A stretch of DNA of 64,000 nt from Bugula neritina. Lineage: Eukaryota; Animalia; Bryozoa. Both the position numbers and the translations under genes were made by a program. The notes beneath the pieces were generated by a model that saw only the letters and a list, made by a program, of their open reading frames with translations, was not told the origin of the DNA and searched no databases. This document shows positions 24,201 to 36,350 of this stretch, piece after piece. The stretch is from NCBI GenBank assembly GCA_964035545.1, contig OZ037769.1, positions 12,864,633 to 12,928,632 on the forward strand, given 5' to 3'. The stretch's first letter is position 1; each line of letters begins with the position of its first letter.

Positions 24201-27200
24201 TAGGGGTTATATTCTTCATACTGGTATCTTCTAACAAAACAGTTTCACGCATGATTGTTCACATTACATGTGGATTCATCTGCAATAATTACTTTTTTCT
24301 AATCATTCACGGTCTAACTACCATGCTCTATGGCCCAACGTAGCCGGTTTTTTTTGCTACTTCTCGGTTAGTAGAGGCTTCCTTCTTGCTTTGCAGCCAC
24401 GTAGACCATGGATCAGCAATCTTCACCTTATCTGCGATGTTGAAGCTGCTGTTCCTGTTGATTCTGAGCATTCTTTGCCAACTCAAAATTTGTTTTGTGA
24501 CGATCCTTCTTGCTGATCCTAGTGAGAACAGCTTGTCATCTCTCGGTGTGCTTTTTCTTGGTCGTTCACTTTCAGGTCGATCTGCTACACTCTCAGTCTC
24601 CATAAACTTCTTGATATTTAATGTACAGTTGTCTTTGCTTTGCCAACCTTTTCAGATATTTTCCTAATTGAATAACCTTCGTTATGCAAGAAAATTATTA
24701 CAAACTTTGCTTTTGAAGTAAAATTTACAGCTCTCATTTTCTCTATGCGCAGCACCTAAGTGGACACCATGTAAAAGCTTACAACTAAATGACAGATTTC
24801 AAATTATGGAAAAAAAGTCTTACTTGATGATATCATGATGCCATGCACAAAGTCAAATTTCACTGTTTAGCCTTTTGTTGTTATCAGAAGCGATAAACTT
24901 TGAAAACATAAAAACACAGGAGTTGCGCTTTCCTAGCTGCTTTTGTAGTTAGCCTGAAAATGGGTGGAAAACATCACAGCAGTAGGAATTGATGAGGTGA
25001 AAATTGTAGTGCACATTCTAAGAGTCATTTTGATATATAGAACTTGCAGGAAAATATTAAGAACTTCCAAGAAATCCCTATTAAACAAGATACATAGAAA
25101 TTTCTGCAAGCGTCCTTAAACTTTTTCACAGCACTGTATATGCCATACCTTATGACATGTGCATTCTACACTATTGACAGTTCTATTGTTGCTACTGTTT
25201 TGCAGATATCGTTTGGCATGTGGAGTCATGCAGGTATACTCTGTGCTTTGCTCTTTCTAAATGGATTGTCGCAGGTACGATAGTTTACTATCAACATATA
25301 ATGAGCTTCTTTACCTGCATTTTCTAATGTTTAACATTATTTGGTTTTCATGACAATATGTTATTTAAAATAAATAAAATATACAATATATACAAAATGT
25401 TGAAGTTTTTTATTTGAAATAGAAAAAGTTTTGTAATTTTATTATAATATTGCTTTACTTTTAATTTTTATTAATAATTTTGTACACATTCTGCTATACA
25501 TTGACTTGTGGCTGTCATGTTATTTTCTAGTCTCTTTGCTGGCCAAACTGTACGAAGGTTTTGTCTTCATGGTTCACTGAGCAGCAGAAGAACACTGTGT
25601 TTGGTTTCTTTGGTACCTGCGCTTTTGCTGGTGGCATCATAGGCACTGGACTGGCTGTGAGTATATTAGAGCACCTGTCTGACCATGCCTTGCATGTCAT
25701 GTCATGCCTAGCACCTGTCTTAAGGTGTCATGTGTAGCACCTGTCTGAAACTATCTTATCTACATTATATGACACTATATAGTATAATATAATATAATCC
25801 CTTATAGCATCATATCATATAATACTATGTAGTAATATATATTATAATTGTACACTGTTGTATGGAATATAGTTACTGTGATGTGTAAATCTAAAATAAA
25901 CTGTAGTCTATACATTCAATGTGCGTATTTTGCACTGTGTAGTGTCTACACTTATAACTGTGTATTTGTAATGTCAGTTTCATTCCCCTGCTCTTTCAGG
26001 TTTACTTCCGCTCAACCTTTGGCACTTGGCGTCAGGTGCACTTCATTCCTTCCATTTTCGTTGTGAGTACGCAATTTACTCCCTTTGTTTTAACATATCG
26101 TAATCAAAAGCAAAGAACTATAGATTATCCATTAATTTATTCTCATTTGTTTTATTTATAGCATTTTTGTGCATTTTTTACCATCTCCTTCTTCTAGCTT
26201 CTTTCGGATTACTCAACTTTTAAAATGCTATAATGTAATGTTTTTTCTTGTCTATAATATTAATTTTCTCTGTGGATCTTGTAAGCTCTGTTTGTTAACA
26301 CAGATAGTTGTGGGTATACTGTGTTACATCATGTATAGAGAGTCTAAAGAAGCTGGATATACCATAACAGAGGAAAACTCTACACCCAGTCAGTAGAATT
26401 TTAATCTCTCAGCACTATTTAATTTATATATTATATAATTTATAATTCTCTCAGAGTTATTTCACAAAAAAAAAAATCATTTTTGAGGTTTGTGGAATTT
26501 GTGTTAACACCTGTAGAAATTTTAAAGAGATTATTCAAGAAATAATGAAAATATCTTTAGATTAGAGATCATTTTGCTAAGGTGTTGCTAGAGTTTGTTG
26601 TTAGGATTTGGCAGTAGCTGCATATCAACATGTCTAGTCAATAGCAATATTGATAAATATGATTGCATGAGTATTGACATAATAAAAGAATTCTTTGCAG
26701 TACATGTTTAAAAGTAAAATGATTTTTCTTAAAAACTATTTTATAAGAATAATTTATTATAATTGAGTCAATTATTTCATTTCAACGAAGAAAACAACTC
26801 TTGTTTAATTTCAAATAGCATCTTGAGTCCACAGTGTTGGAAAGTTTTGTTGGGATTTTCGTATGTTTATACTTTGTGAGGATTGACCTACTTCTTTGAC
26901 CCATCTTCCACTTTGTTCTAGAAAGTTCCTCTGCAGAAGACGTAGAGTCTGACTCACCATCTCAAGCTTCTCTCACTTTTAGAGAGCTAGCACAGTTACC
27001 GTAAGTGAGCCCGCTATTTCCTGTTTGTCTATAGAATGCGCTAGCCACCCGGACAAAGCAATAAATATGTGTGGGCAGGTGCGTGTGTGTGTGTTTTTGT
27101 TTGAGCGTTTTTATATCGGGCAGTTGTTGATTTTTCGCATCAAAGTTTGCTGAAGCAGTTTTGCTTTTTTATATTTTTTGTCGTTTGGAATATTAAATTT

Positions 27201-29823
27201 ACTTTTGTCTTATCACCCCATAGTAAAAATACCTTGTGTTGCGTGACGCTGTAGGGGTGTGGCTGAGATATCCGTAGCTGTGTTCTGTCTTAAACTGGTG
27301 AGATACTGCATGTACATGTGGCTGCCCATGTATTTAGAGAAACAGGTAATTCTACCAACAAATAATTACAAACTTTCATTTTGGGTGTCAGAATATAAAT
27401 TTAATGAAAAACCTTACTTGAATGCGAAATGTAAACATACATATACTCGCTTCATATCTCACTAAGCTGCGGGTCCCAAAACCTCGATCTGTGACATAGT
27501 CTACCATGTTTAACTCATGAATTCACTAAATTCAGCCATTTTGTCCCTATACACACATATATAAGCCGTAAAATGGGGTCCAAGCCTTTTTCGTGACCTA
27601 TGGGATTTTGCAAGAACTGGAGCTGTGAGATATGGAGGGAGTATTGTATATTTCTAGAAAGCAACAGTTAAGCAATCTAATGGTGTGCCATAATATTTTA
27701 ATTTGATTATGTACGGTCTACTAGCTATGTTTTTCCCATTATTGATTTCGTGCAAGTTAAGAGTAAGCCTAAGCATTACTTTGTGTTTCAGCTTTCGTAT
27801 CCATCTTCTAAAGCTGGGTTATTCTCAACTATGTTTGAGATAGGGGGCGTTGTTGGCAGTGCCGCATTAGGACTTATACTAGACAAGTGAGTTCTCAAGC
27901 TATATCAGTTTTATAATTTGTGTAAGAGATGTCTAGATAACATATGAAGGATGCAGAAGTTGTCTTTCAATACAATTTTATTGTCTTTTTCAACTGATTC
28001 ATTGAATTTATCGAACTGGTCTATTAAATCTATTGAACTGACGAATAATGGTTTCATGGTTGTTTCTATTAGGTTTTTGTTTTGGTATTTGATTTCATGA
28101 GCTAGTCCTTCAAAACTTGGAATTCTTTCAATTGCCAACCGAAGTTACCCATTCTCAATATCCAAGTGACTTCTACCTTTTACAGATTCAGTTCCCAAAG
28201 ACCTCTATATGGTGTCACCTTGACTGTAGTTGCCAGCGCTGTAGCTCTCATTGTATTTAATCTCACATCAAGTCTTGGATATGCAGCCAACTCTATCAGT
28301 ATGTTGTTTGCCGGGGCATTCAACTGCGGACCCGATACTATTTTAGGTAAGTTTTATGTTGTGTAAAAACCTCACACAAGTTTATAGTCACCATCCCTGT
28401 GAGAAACCCTGATAGAAAGGGTTTTTGTTAAATTAAGCTAAGGACTTATTCAGAAGGGGAACAAGAGCAATTATGACTAGATGCTCTTCCTAGCATCACC
28501 AATGGCCTTTACTGGGGTTTACTATGCCAGTGCTCTAGCCCTTAGACCATGGCTGCTCCCAAGTTTTATACTGCATAAGCTGTGTGAAACTACTTTGAGA
28601 TTTGATTCTGTTGAAATTAATGTGATGTAATTATTAGTACATTCCTTTACAGTTCCATGCCTTTGGATTAGTTGCTAGAACGTTCTCTGTACTTGTTTGT
28701 TTTGTATGTCACAGGGGCTGCCATACCTAATAAGATAGGTCAGCAGGATAACAGAAATAGTGGCTCAGCGGTCACTGGCATCGTGAATGGTATGTCATAA
28801 ATTGCTTATAAACTCCACTTGTTTGTTTTAAGTTTCTATATCTGTGGGACACTATGTTTCCCAGCTTAGCATTGTGTGAATGAATTTTTCATTCCATGTT
28901 TGAAACAGCTGCATTGAATGAAACTACAACCATAAGTTTATACAAACCGCAACCAAAATTTCGTCCGTATGAGCATCCATTCACATAATGCGAAGCAATG
29001 GAGCACAGTGATAGTCTGAAATATTAGGTTGTTTCTACTCGGGCTAAATACTGTGTTTACAAAGACACAGGAACAGTTAAGTGCACGCGTTGCTGGGATT
29101 CAAACCCATTACCTGATGCACCGCTTCAACCACCGCTGCTCTCTAATGTAGTCTGGTATATAGTGTTGGTCTGACTGTGACCAACTCTGTATTGTCTCTT
29201 GGTGATGGCATCTGTTTTGTGAGCTGTCCAACAGGCGGCCCCAGGACCAAATGTGGCCTCCAGCCTACATTTATGTGGCCCCGAAGGTATAAAGCTAAAA
29301 AGTAGTTTTTACATGTATATGAATTAGAGTGAAAAGCCACATTTTAAATGTCTTGTTTCTACATATGCTACAAAACATGCAGCCTGCTGTAACTATTGGG
29401 ACTTTATTGTGCAATGATCCATAAAGTTTTGGAATAAAGTAATAATTTGAACAATACTGATGCTGTGGCCCCCAGCTCAAACTGAAGTTCACAATGTGGT
29501 CCTCGGCGCAGGAATCTTCCCTTTCAGTGGCTCTCGGTCTGACAAGGTTGGACACCCCCTCCCCCCTCCCTACACTAGACTGACCTCCCTACTGCATGCA
29601 TGGTAGTCACATGATATCGGTGTATGTTCCGGAATGTAGGATTTCTCCCATGAATGTTTTAGGATTTGGAAGTTTGGGTACTGTCCTTGAAGGTCCCGTT
29701 ATAGCCTGGGTCTCTAACTATTATGGTTGGTCTAGCATGTTTACAATGATGGTTGTGTTGACTGTTGTCGGAGCACTGGCTACAATCAAAGCTTCAATTT
29801 CTCTAGATAATAGAAATTCCTAA
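21289..29823 (+). CDS. MFS transporter of the SLC37/OPA (sugar-phosphate/glycerol-3-phosphate exchanger) family, 12 exons
   Basis: Exons 21289-21378, 22082-22255, 25206-25274, 25531-25656, 26000-26062, 26304-26388, 26922-27000, 27255-27345, 27792-27886, 28186-28346, 28715-28789, 29663-29823 (phase-consistent). OPA motifs YASTYLLRKP, LNGLSQSLCWP, FCLKLVRYCMYMWLPMYL, FEIGGVVGS, GP, VTGIVNGFGSLG. Confidence 0.88.
22274..22468. repeat. 35-bp minisatellite (actgtctattgtactagtagtgactacacaattg-like) about 5-6 copies
   Basis: Tandem units right after the exon 2 donor of the SLC37-like gene. Confidence 0.9.
23360..25136 (-). mobile_element. Tc1/mariner DNA transposon, full length (1777 bp), transposase decayed
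   Basis: 27-bp TIRs cagtgctgtgaaaaagtttaagg(g/a)cgc, TA TSD on both sides. Transposase remnants ETESVADRPESERPRKSTPRDD and WPAQSQDLNPIRNSW...KGWPTKH with stops and frameshifts. Lies in intron 2 of the SLC37-like gene. Confidence 0.93.
28367..28560 (-). mobile_element. tRNA-derived SINE, family A, copy 2
   Basis: Reverse complement of the family A body. Degenerate 18-bp TSD aagttttatgttgtgtaa/aagttttatactgcataa. Confidence 0.85.
29220..29560. mobile_element. Degenerate non-autonomous hAT-like MITE
   Basis: Ends gagctgtccaac...gttggacacccc with subterminal gcggccc/tgtggcc motifs, typical of hAT-type MITEs. TSD not clear. Confidence 0.55.
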
Positions 29824-30771
29824 TATATATATACGTCTTATTTATTATAAGTTTTTTTGCTTTAGCATTTGTGAAAATTCATGCTCCTATGTTTACATTT
29901 AGACCTTATTTAGACCTGATTCATTTAAGCAATGTTAGTTTTGTTGTCACTTTATATTATTTATCATGTATTATGTCTTGTATTGTGTTGAATCTATGTT
30001 TTTGTGTGATTATTCCTGCTGTGATCTATTTTATTTACTTTTATCTTTTTGGGATTTTTTGTGAAATTTTGTTCACATCTATGATTTTTTGCTATTGCAA
30101 AATACGATAACACGAGTTTTCGAGTGAATGACTTTTACCACGCATTTAATACTAGGCAGCCTGATGGGTGGCCAAAGAGGTTTCCTGGATTAGTACAGTT
30201 GTTGCACTAAATGCATTTGGTATCAAGCAAATCATCATATCTTCTACTTAATAAAATAATTATGTTTTTTGAAATTTGTGTGGAATTTAAAACTTTTATA
30301 ATATAAAAAGTTACAGCTGACAAATAACCTCAAGTAATGAAAGTAATGATTATGTTTTATGAAACGTATTTTAGTGATTAATATGTATTATTCGTTAATA
30401 TATGTAGCTGTTAAATTATTTTCTCTCTTCTGTTTTGTAATCCTACTTTTTGACCTTATTTTTACTAGAAACATAAGTTTGTATTGACTTTGTTAACCTA
30501 GTGTGAAATATCTTGCTCTATATTGTACGTAGCATTGTTGTGTAGATGTAAGTTTTCTCCTCTTATATTTCCCCATGCTGCAATATGCTATTTGGCCTTT
30601 AATCATAAATTCATTTAAATGACATCATCTTGTATTTTGTGATACAAATTCTATATATTTTATTTGGACATTGTACAAGACAATTGGATTTAGTGATCAC
30701 ACATAACTTAAGACAATGATAAGTTTCAAGTTACTGACACAGACATGTAAGACCGCATCACATTACAACAG

Positions 30772-33700
30772 TTAGACAGCTTGTTCAGTGAAAGCTCGAC
30801 TCATGTCCACTTCGTAGGACTTCATGTTCCTTTTCATAACTTCTACGCAAGGTCCTAGAAGTCTTTCAAAAGCATCAACGTCTAATGCTGTCAATAAAGT
30901 ATATAGGATTTTGAAGTAATAAACAGTTGCGATAAAATGCTTTATTATATTTGCTAAGTAATAAAAAGAATTAGTAAGAGATTCTATATTGGCTGATGAA
31001 AATAATCTGTATATAAAGATATTGGTTATGATAAGTAAAGCAGTGATTCTTGCATACTTTAGCTCTCAAAATATGTTAGTAGCAACTAAATGTTCTGTGT
31101 AGTCAGCTGTGTTTATTTTTTTCTGCAAGATTTAAATTACATTTGGTTTTTGCATATTTTGATGCTTGAAAATAATATCAAATTATTAACTGAAAAGATA
31201 TAAAAGTTGACAGCTCCTTGTAAAAAAGTTGCTTTTACTAGCGCCATCTTGCTTGAAACATAGGAAATCATTGTTGAAACTGTGTTTGTTGTTATAATAA
31301 TATATATTTGGCTGGTTACCTGCACATACTGTCTTTCCAGTTGCTATGACATCAGCGGCTCTGGGATTCTTACTAATTAGACCGAGTTCTCCAAAGTAGC
31401 CTCCTCTGCCTATACGGCTGACTTCCTTCACCTGCCCTGACTCATTCTACATGATTACAATAATTTGTCGGGGATTGCTCAAACATGAATAATTCTGTTG
31501 CAGCTAATGTGAGTCAACAAAAATTGTTTGAAGCAGCACAGAGTTGGTGGTCACTGAGTGCTGGGAAGGTCTGGAGTTTAGAGTAAGGTCAATGACATGT
31601 ATACAAGTACTATGTTCAGTCACCCCCAACTCGGCTCCGCTTCTAGTAACATTTTTTCAACACCAACCCAAATGCACGCTGGTAAGGACGCGAAATCATA
31701 TTAAAATATTTCAATTCAAAATTTTGCTCTAAGCTTTACAGGTAAAGTTTTTTGGCAACTATAGAAATTCTTATTTTATATTGCTGTGTACTCGAAGTAA
31801 GAAGCAATATTTGACAGAGTTTTTAAGATGAGACAGGTGCTTACAGCTCTCATTACTCTGACTTCCCCTTTTTCTACAAAGTACATATTCTCAGCCTTGT
31901 CTCCTCTCCTTACAATCACATCGTCTTTCTGGAATGTCACGGATTTCAAAGCATCGCAAACTTTCATTCTCTCATAGGGCTGGTGAAAGAGTAACATTAT
32001 TATAACATTGTCAATAAAACAGTGGAGTTTCAGTGTGGCAAGTGGGTACCTGTTGTACTTTTATAACAATATATTATGTAGATGCTCTTTGCTATAATAT
32101 TAGCCATCACAAATGACATCTAATTATATAATTTGAATTTGTAAGAGCTTACAAAAGTTAATTTCTACACAATAATTTTAATAATGCTATTTCAATAAAA
32201 ACAATAATTTTTAGACATTGATTGAATGGCAAAATTTTTGTGTTACCAATTCTATGGTAACACAAAAAATTTACTTTTCAATAGTTTAATGCTAGCAACA
32301 CTATAACACTGTTGTGGAATTACACACACATCTGAATAACTTACTTCTAGAGAGCTAAGAATGCTGACACACATCTGAATAACTTACTTCTAAAGAGTTG
32401 AGAGTGCCAACACAAATCTAAATAACTTACTTCTAAAGAGTTGAGAGTGCTGAAACACATCTGAATAACTTACTTCTAAAGAGCTAAGAATGCTGACGCT
32501 GTTGATGAACTCTTCATACGTCTGCCTCTTCATAAATGCTGCCCTCAAAACTATTCTCCGGAAAGTTGCTCGATCCTAGATTTACAAATAAAATGATGTA
32601 CAGTGACTCAGCAGTTTACAGTGACTTACATTTATTTACTGTGAGTGATTATTGCATTTTGATATCAAATATCACTTACCAACAGCATATATATTTGTTA
32701 TGGTGAAAATTTACATTTTTGTATATATTTTTAGTCCGTTTATAGTATATGTTAGATTTTTTCACAGTTTACTGTTGTTAGGAATCCCGAAGCCCCTGTG
32801 GTGTGATTTGTTAGTGCACCTGCTTGCAAACCGGAGGTTTGTGGTTCGAATCCCGGTAGGGGCAATTATTTTACATTTACATTTGTAACTTTCCCTCCGT
32901 TTATTAAATACTTAAATATATTGTCCAACTGTTTATATTCTAATCTTTTTCAGCCACTATTTCTAGTTCTAATCTCTTTACTGTAGGCACATAGTTTTTT
33001 TGGTAACTCGTAATTTACCAAGGTGTTGCTACTCTGACTTACCAAAGCCCATAGAGTTCCAGAGCTTCTCGAAGTTACCGTGGCAGCTCTCGGGGTGTTA
33101 TACATGAGTGCCAATTCACCGAAACTCCCCTCGTCAACGTATGTGTGCACCACTACACCGTTCACGTTTATCTCATACGTTCCGCTAAGAAGCATACAAG
33201 GCAACACCTTTGAACATATGCAGCCTAGCAAAACATGCAGTTCATTTTCTGAAAGAAATCAGTTAAAAATAAAAAGTTTGCAAGACCATAAACAACTATA
33301 TATAAGCAGTTTATGTGTGCACCACTACACTGTTCATGTTTATCTCATATGTTCCACTAAAAATTGTGCAAAGTAACATTAGTTCAACTTTGAAAATATG
33401 TAGCTCATCAGCAAAGCATGCATAATTTATTTGCTAAATGAAATAGGTTAAAATAAAAAAAGAGAGAAATATTAGTTTTGCATTAACACATAAACAACTA
33501 TAAAAGCAATCTATGTCACAGTTTTTTATAAAAAATTATCAAGTTTTTCTAAAAATTATTCAGCACATGTCAATAGTTTTAATCTGTGCTTTATAAATAA
33601 TTGTTTCTCACCTTTCAACAACATAGAAGAACTCTGCTTCCTCGTCGCCATCTTTAATGATGACCTCACCATCGTCGCAGCGGATTTCTTGCATAGCATC

Positions 33701-36088
33701 AATAACCTTACTAAGCTGCTCCTATCAAATGGTCAACAGTAAAAACTGAGAAGAGAATACAGAGTTCAAGAAAACATTAACATTGAATTTTAGTTTGCAC
33801 GATTACTATGGTAATAGTTACTATGGCAATGTTTACTATGGTGGTGGTTACTATGGCAATGGTTACTATGACTATGGTTGCTATGGTAACAGTCACTATG
33901 GAAATGGTGTGGTAATCGCTATTTGTATAGCATACCAAAACTTTTGGTAATTGGTAAAAGTTGAGTGATTGCTCTCCTTACAACACTCTGATGAAATTTG
34001 TAGTGTTGAGTTTACCCAGTAGCCTCCGTGGTGTAATGATAGCACACTTGCTTGCAAGCCAGAGGACTCAGGTTCGATTCCCAGTGGTGGCAATTATTTT
34101 ACAAAATTAGCTGACAAACTTTTTAAACCTTTGATGCCAAATTTTAGTCATAAAAAGTCCAAATTAATTATTTATTCAAACATTTTAAGCAAGAGTAATA
34201 ATTGCAATAAGTAAATGTTCTTATGCCAACTTTTGTAAATTTTTCTTTATTATTGATCATTTATCTTACTATATTTTACTGGATGAGATTTTATTTCCTA
34301 TTCTATATTTTGAGTTGTATACTATTAATTATTTGAGATTTCACTAGCTATATCCTCATTCATAACAGTAATTTTGGATAGCTAAGCTATATAATACTTC
34401 ATTTCAATAAAATTACACTTTGAAAAATCCAACGAATAAAATGTAGCCTGTTAAAGAGTATAAGCACACATTCACTTGCGTGCTCTTAAGCACAAAGTGT
34501 TCTATTAAAACATAACCTTAAATAAAAGGTGAGTAGAGTCTGAGAAAGTTCACGCTTTATTGTCAATTATATAAAGCATGTCTATAGTGGCCGTGTGATA
34601 TGGAGCAGTGGTGGTCTAGGGGTTAGAGCTTTTACTTAGTGGACGGGAAGTCATGGGTTCGAACCCCAACAAAGGCCATTGGTGATGTTAGGAAGAGCAT
34701 CCAGTTATAATTGCATGCTTCTGTGCCACATCTGAATAAGGATCCTTAGCCCGCTTCAACAAAAACCCTTTTCGTCGGAGGTTTTTCACAGGGATAGCAA
34801 CTATAAATTTGAGTGGGTTTATAGTGACAGTGTGATAGGAAACTTACGGCATCCAGACTTTTGAAGAGGAAGATGGAATGAACCGATTTGGAGAGTCGCT
34901 TATTTTGATCAGATGTTTTGGGGTAAACAGGCTACAAAATTAACAATGGTCAGTCAAGCATATAGTACAAATGGTACATTAAAAGTTTGAGTTATACAAA
35001 TTTACCAGTTAGCAATAAAAATCTACTGGTTGCCAACAAGTAAGGCAAAACTCCTTAACAGGAGATAAATTAAAGAAAAGGTATACATAAGAGCTATAGC
35101 CTACCAGGAAACACAAAAGGAAGTAACAAGAGAGTGTGAGTAAACCGTGTATTGCATAAGAAGTACAAAGCAAATAAAAATTTTCTGAACAACCACATTG
35201 GTGGCAAATTAATCCAATCCATCATGTCTAATAAGTCTGAGTTAGTCAAGCAACTATCTAAATGTAATTAGAAATTGCTGCAAAACCTAAACCATCATAA
35301 TTCTTGTTTTGGCTATTTGCATAAGAGAAAATGCACAAAGTGTCATGCACTGAATATTTATACTCTATACTGCAGGCATAATACGTACTGTAGATACATT
35401 CTTGTCTTTAGATGGGTCATATCTCTCTGCGGCCACTGTAAACACATTATAGTAATCACTGTATATCATGAAATGATTTCAAGGAAAAGTTCCAGTGCAG
35501 ACAATGGTGTATAAGGTAACGCACAGAACGGTAAATTTTATAATTAACTAATTATAGATTAACCTGCTTTTAGATTTTGTATGATTTTCTACAACTTATT
35601 TTAATCATCATATTTCATTCTGTTAACTCTGAGTTATATTTTTCATAATGTTGTAGCTGTTTGACATGTTCCAGTGTCACATTTAAAAAATTTACAAATG
35701 AAAACTAGTCAGCCTATAATCACTTATCAAATAGACATTTATTAATAAAACATGGTGGCAGCGTAAGTTGATTAACACTTACAAAGACGGAAAGCATTTT
35801 ACCACCTGGAAAAGAAACAGTTATACAAGCAAGACTAAACCTCACCTGACTTCCTGCGGTTCATATTCTTGTATGCTGGAGGTAGTTCTGCTGGCAGATC
35901 CTGTATTTCTGCAAATATTATCACAAGGAGTATATGCAGATGTACAGTACAACAGAACTTGTATGGTTATATACTATTATATGTTCTATGCTACACGCCG
36001 ACACAGTGCATACACACACACGCACGCACGCATGCTTGCACACACACACGCATGCTTGCACACATGCATGCACACATTATATATTTTA

Positions 36089-36162
<74 letters not shown>

Positions 36163-36350
36163 CTGTATATATATATATAACTCGCACCATCATCCTCGTG
36201 ACTGTTCTGGTATTTCTCAGTAAAGTACTCCTTAGCGAACTTCACTAGGTTCTCAGGGTACGTCCTGAGGACGGCCATTGTGAACTCGTTCAGCAGTTCG
36301 GTGAGTCCTTTGGGGACTGCAAAGTCGCTATCTCTGCCCTGTTTACTCAT
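30772..36350 (-). CDS. PRKAR2: cAMP-dependent protein kinase type II regulatory subunit (about 362 aa), 10 exons
   Basis: Exons 36188-36350, 35846-35908, 35389-35435, 34848-34931, 33612-33721, 33043-33184, 32474-32575, 31845-31979, 31320-31446, 30772-30887. RII D/D domain [30 protein letters not shown]. Substrate-type inhibitor site [12 protein letters not shown]. Two cAMP cassettes [15 protein letters not shown] and [22 protein letters not shown]. Confidence 0.92.
32326..32497. repeat. 43-bp tandem repeat x4 spanning the PKA-R exon 7 donor
   Basis: cttac (GTAAG donor on minus) recurs at 32340, 32383, 32426 and 32469. Confidence 0.9.
32791..32874 (+). mobile_element. Short tRNA-like repeat, family B (pseudo-tRNA/SINE head)
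   Basis: A-box gtggtgtgatttgttag, B-box ggttcgaatccc, and 3' aattattttaca shared with 33999 and 54588. The anticodon arm is defective. Confidence 0.65.
33801..33907. repeat. 15-bp tandem repeat (gttactatggcaatg) with RFX X-box-like units
   Basis: About 7 units; GTTGCTATGGTAAC at 33877-33890. Confidence 0.75.
33999..34103 (+). mobile_element. Short tRNA-like repeat, family B
   Basis: tgtagtgttgagtttac leader + gcctccgtggtgtaatgatagcac...ggttcgattccc + aattattttaca; closely matches the reverse copy at 54588-54691. Confidence 0.7.
34601..34819 (+). mobile_element. tRNA-derived SINE, family A, copy 3
   Basis: A/B boxes and shared body. 18-bp TSD tatagtggccgtgtgata (34583) / tatagtgacagtgtgata (34820). 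Confidence 0.9.
36078..36180. repeat. (TA)n microsatellite, preceded by CA/CG-rich simple repeat
   Basis: Seen directly, right after the PKA-R exon 1 donor. Confidence 0.95.

Noticed and set aside
32235-32268. 14-bp-arm hairpin tttttgtgttacca-attcta-tggtaacacaaaaa
   Set aside because: Too short for a pre-miRNA, AT-rich, and no supporting context.
33999-34103. Functional tRNA-Ala/Cys genes (also 32791 and 54588)
   Set aside because: The anticodon arm cannot form a 5-bp stem with a 7-nt loop, the acceptor stem is mismatched and the copies are diverged; treated as tRNA-derived repeats.
35768-36248. ORFs with YIYIYI runs; likewise poly-L/V (39965-40194), CITCIF (48321-48733), TALHC/VQCSA (51604-51902), SLSLSL (61375-61841) and poly-Y/C/L (62248-62476)
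   Set aside because: Translations of microsatellites and minisatellites lying in introns.
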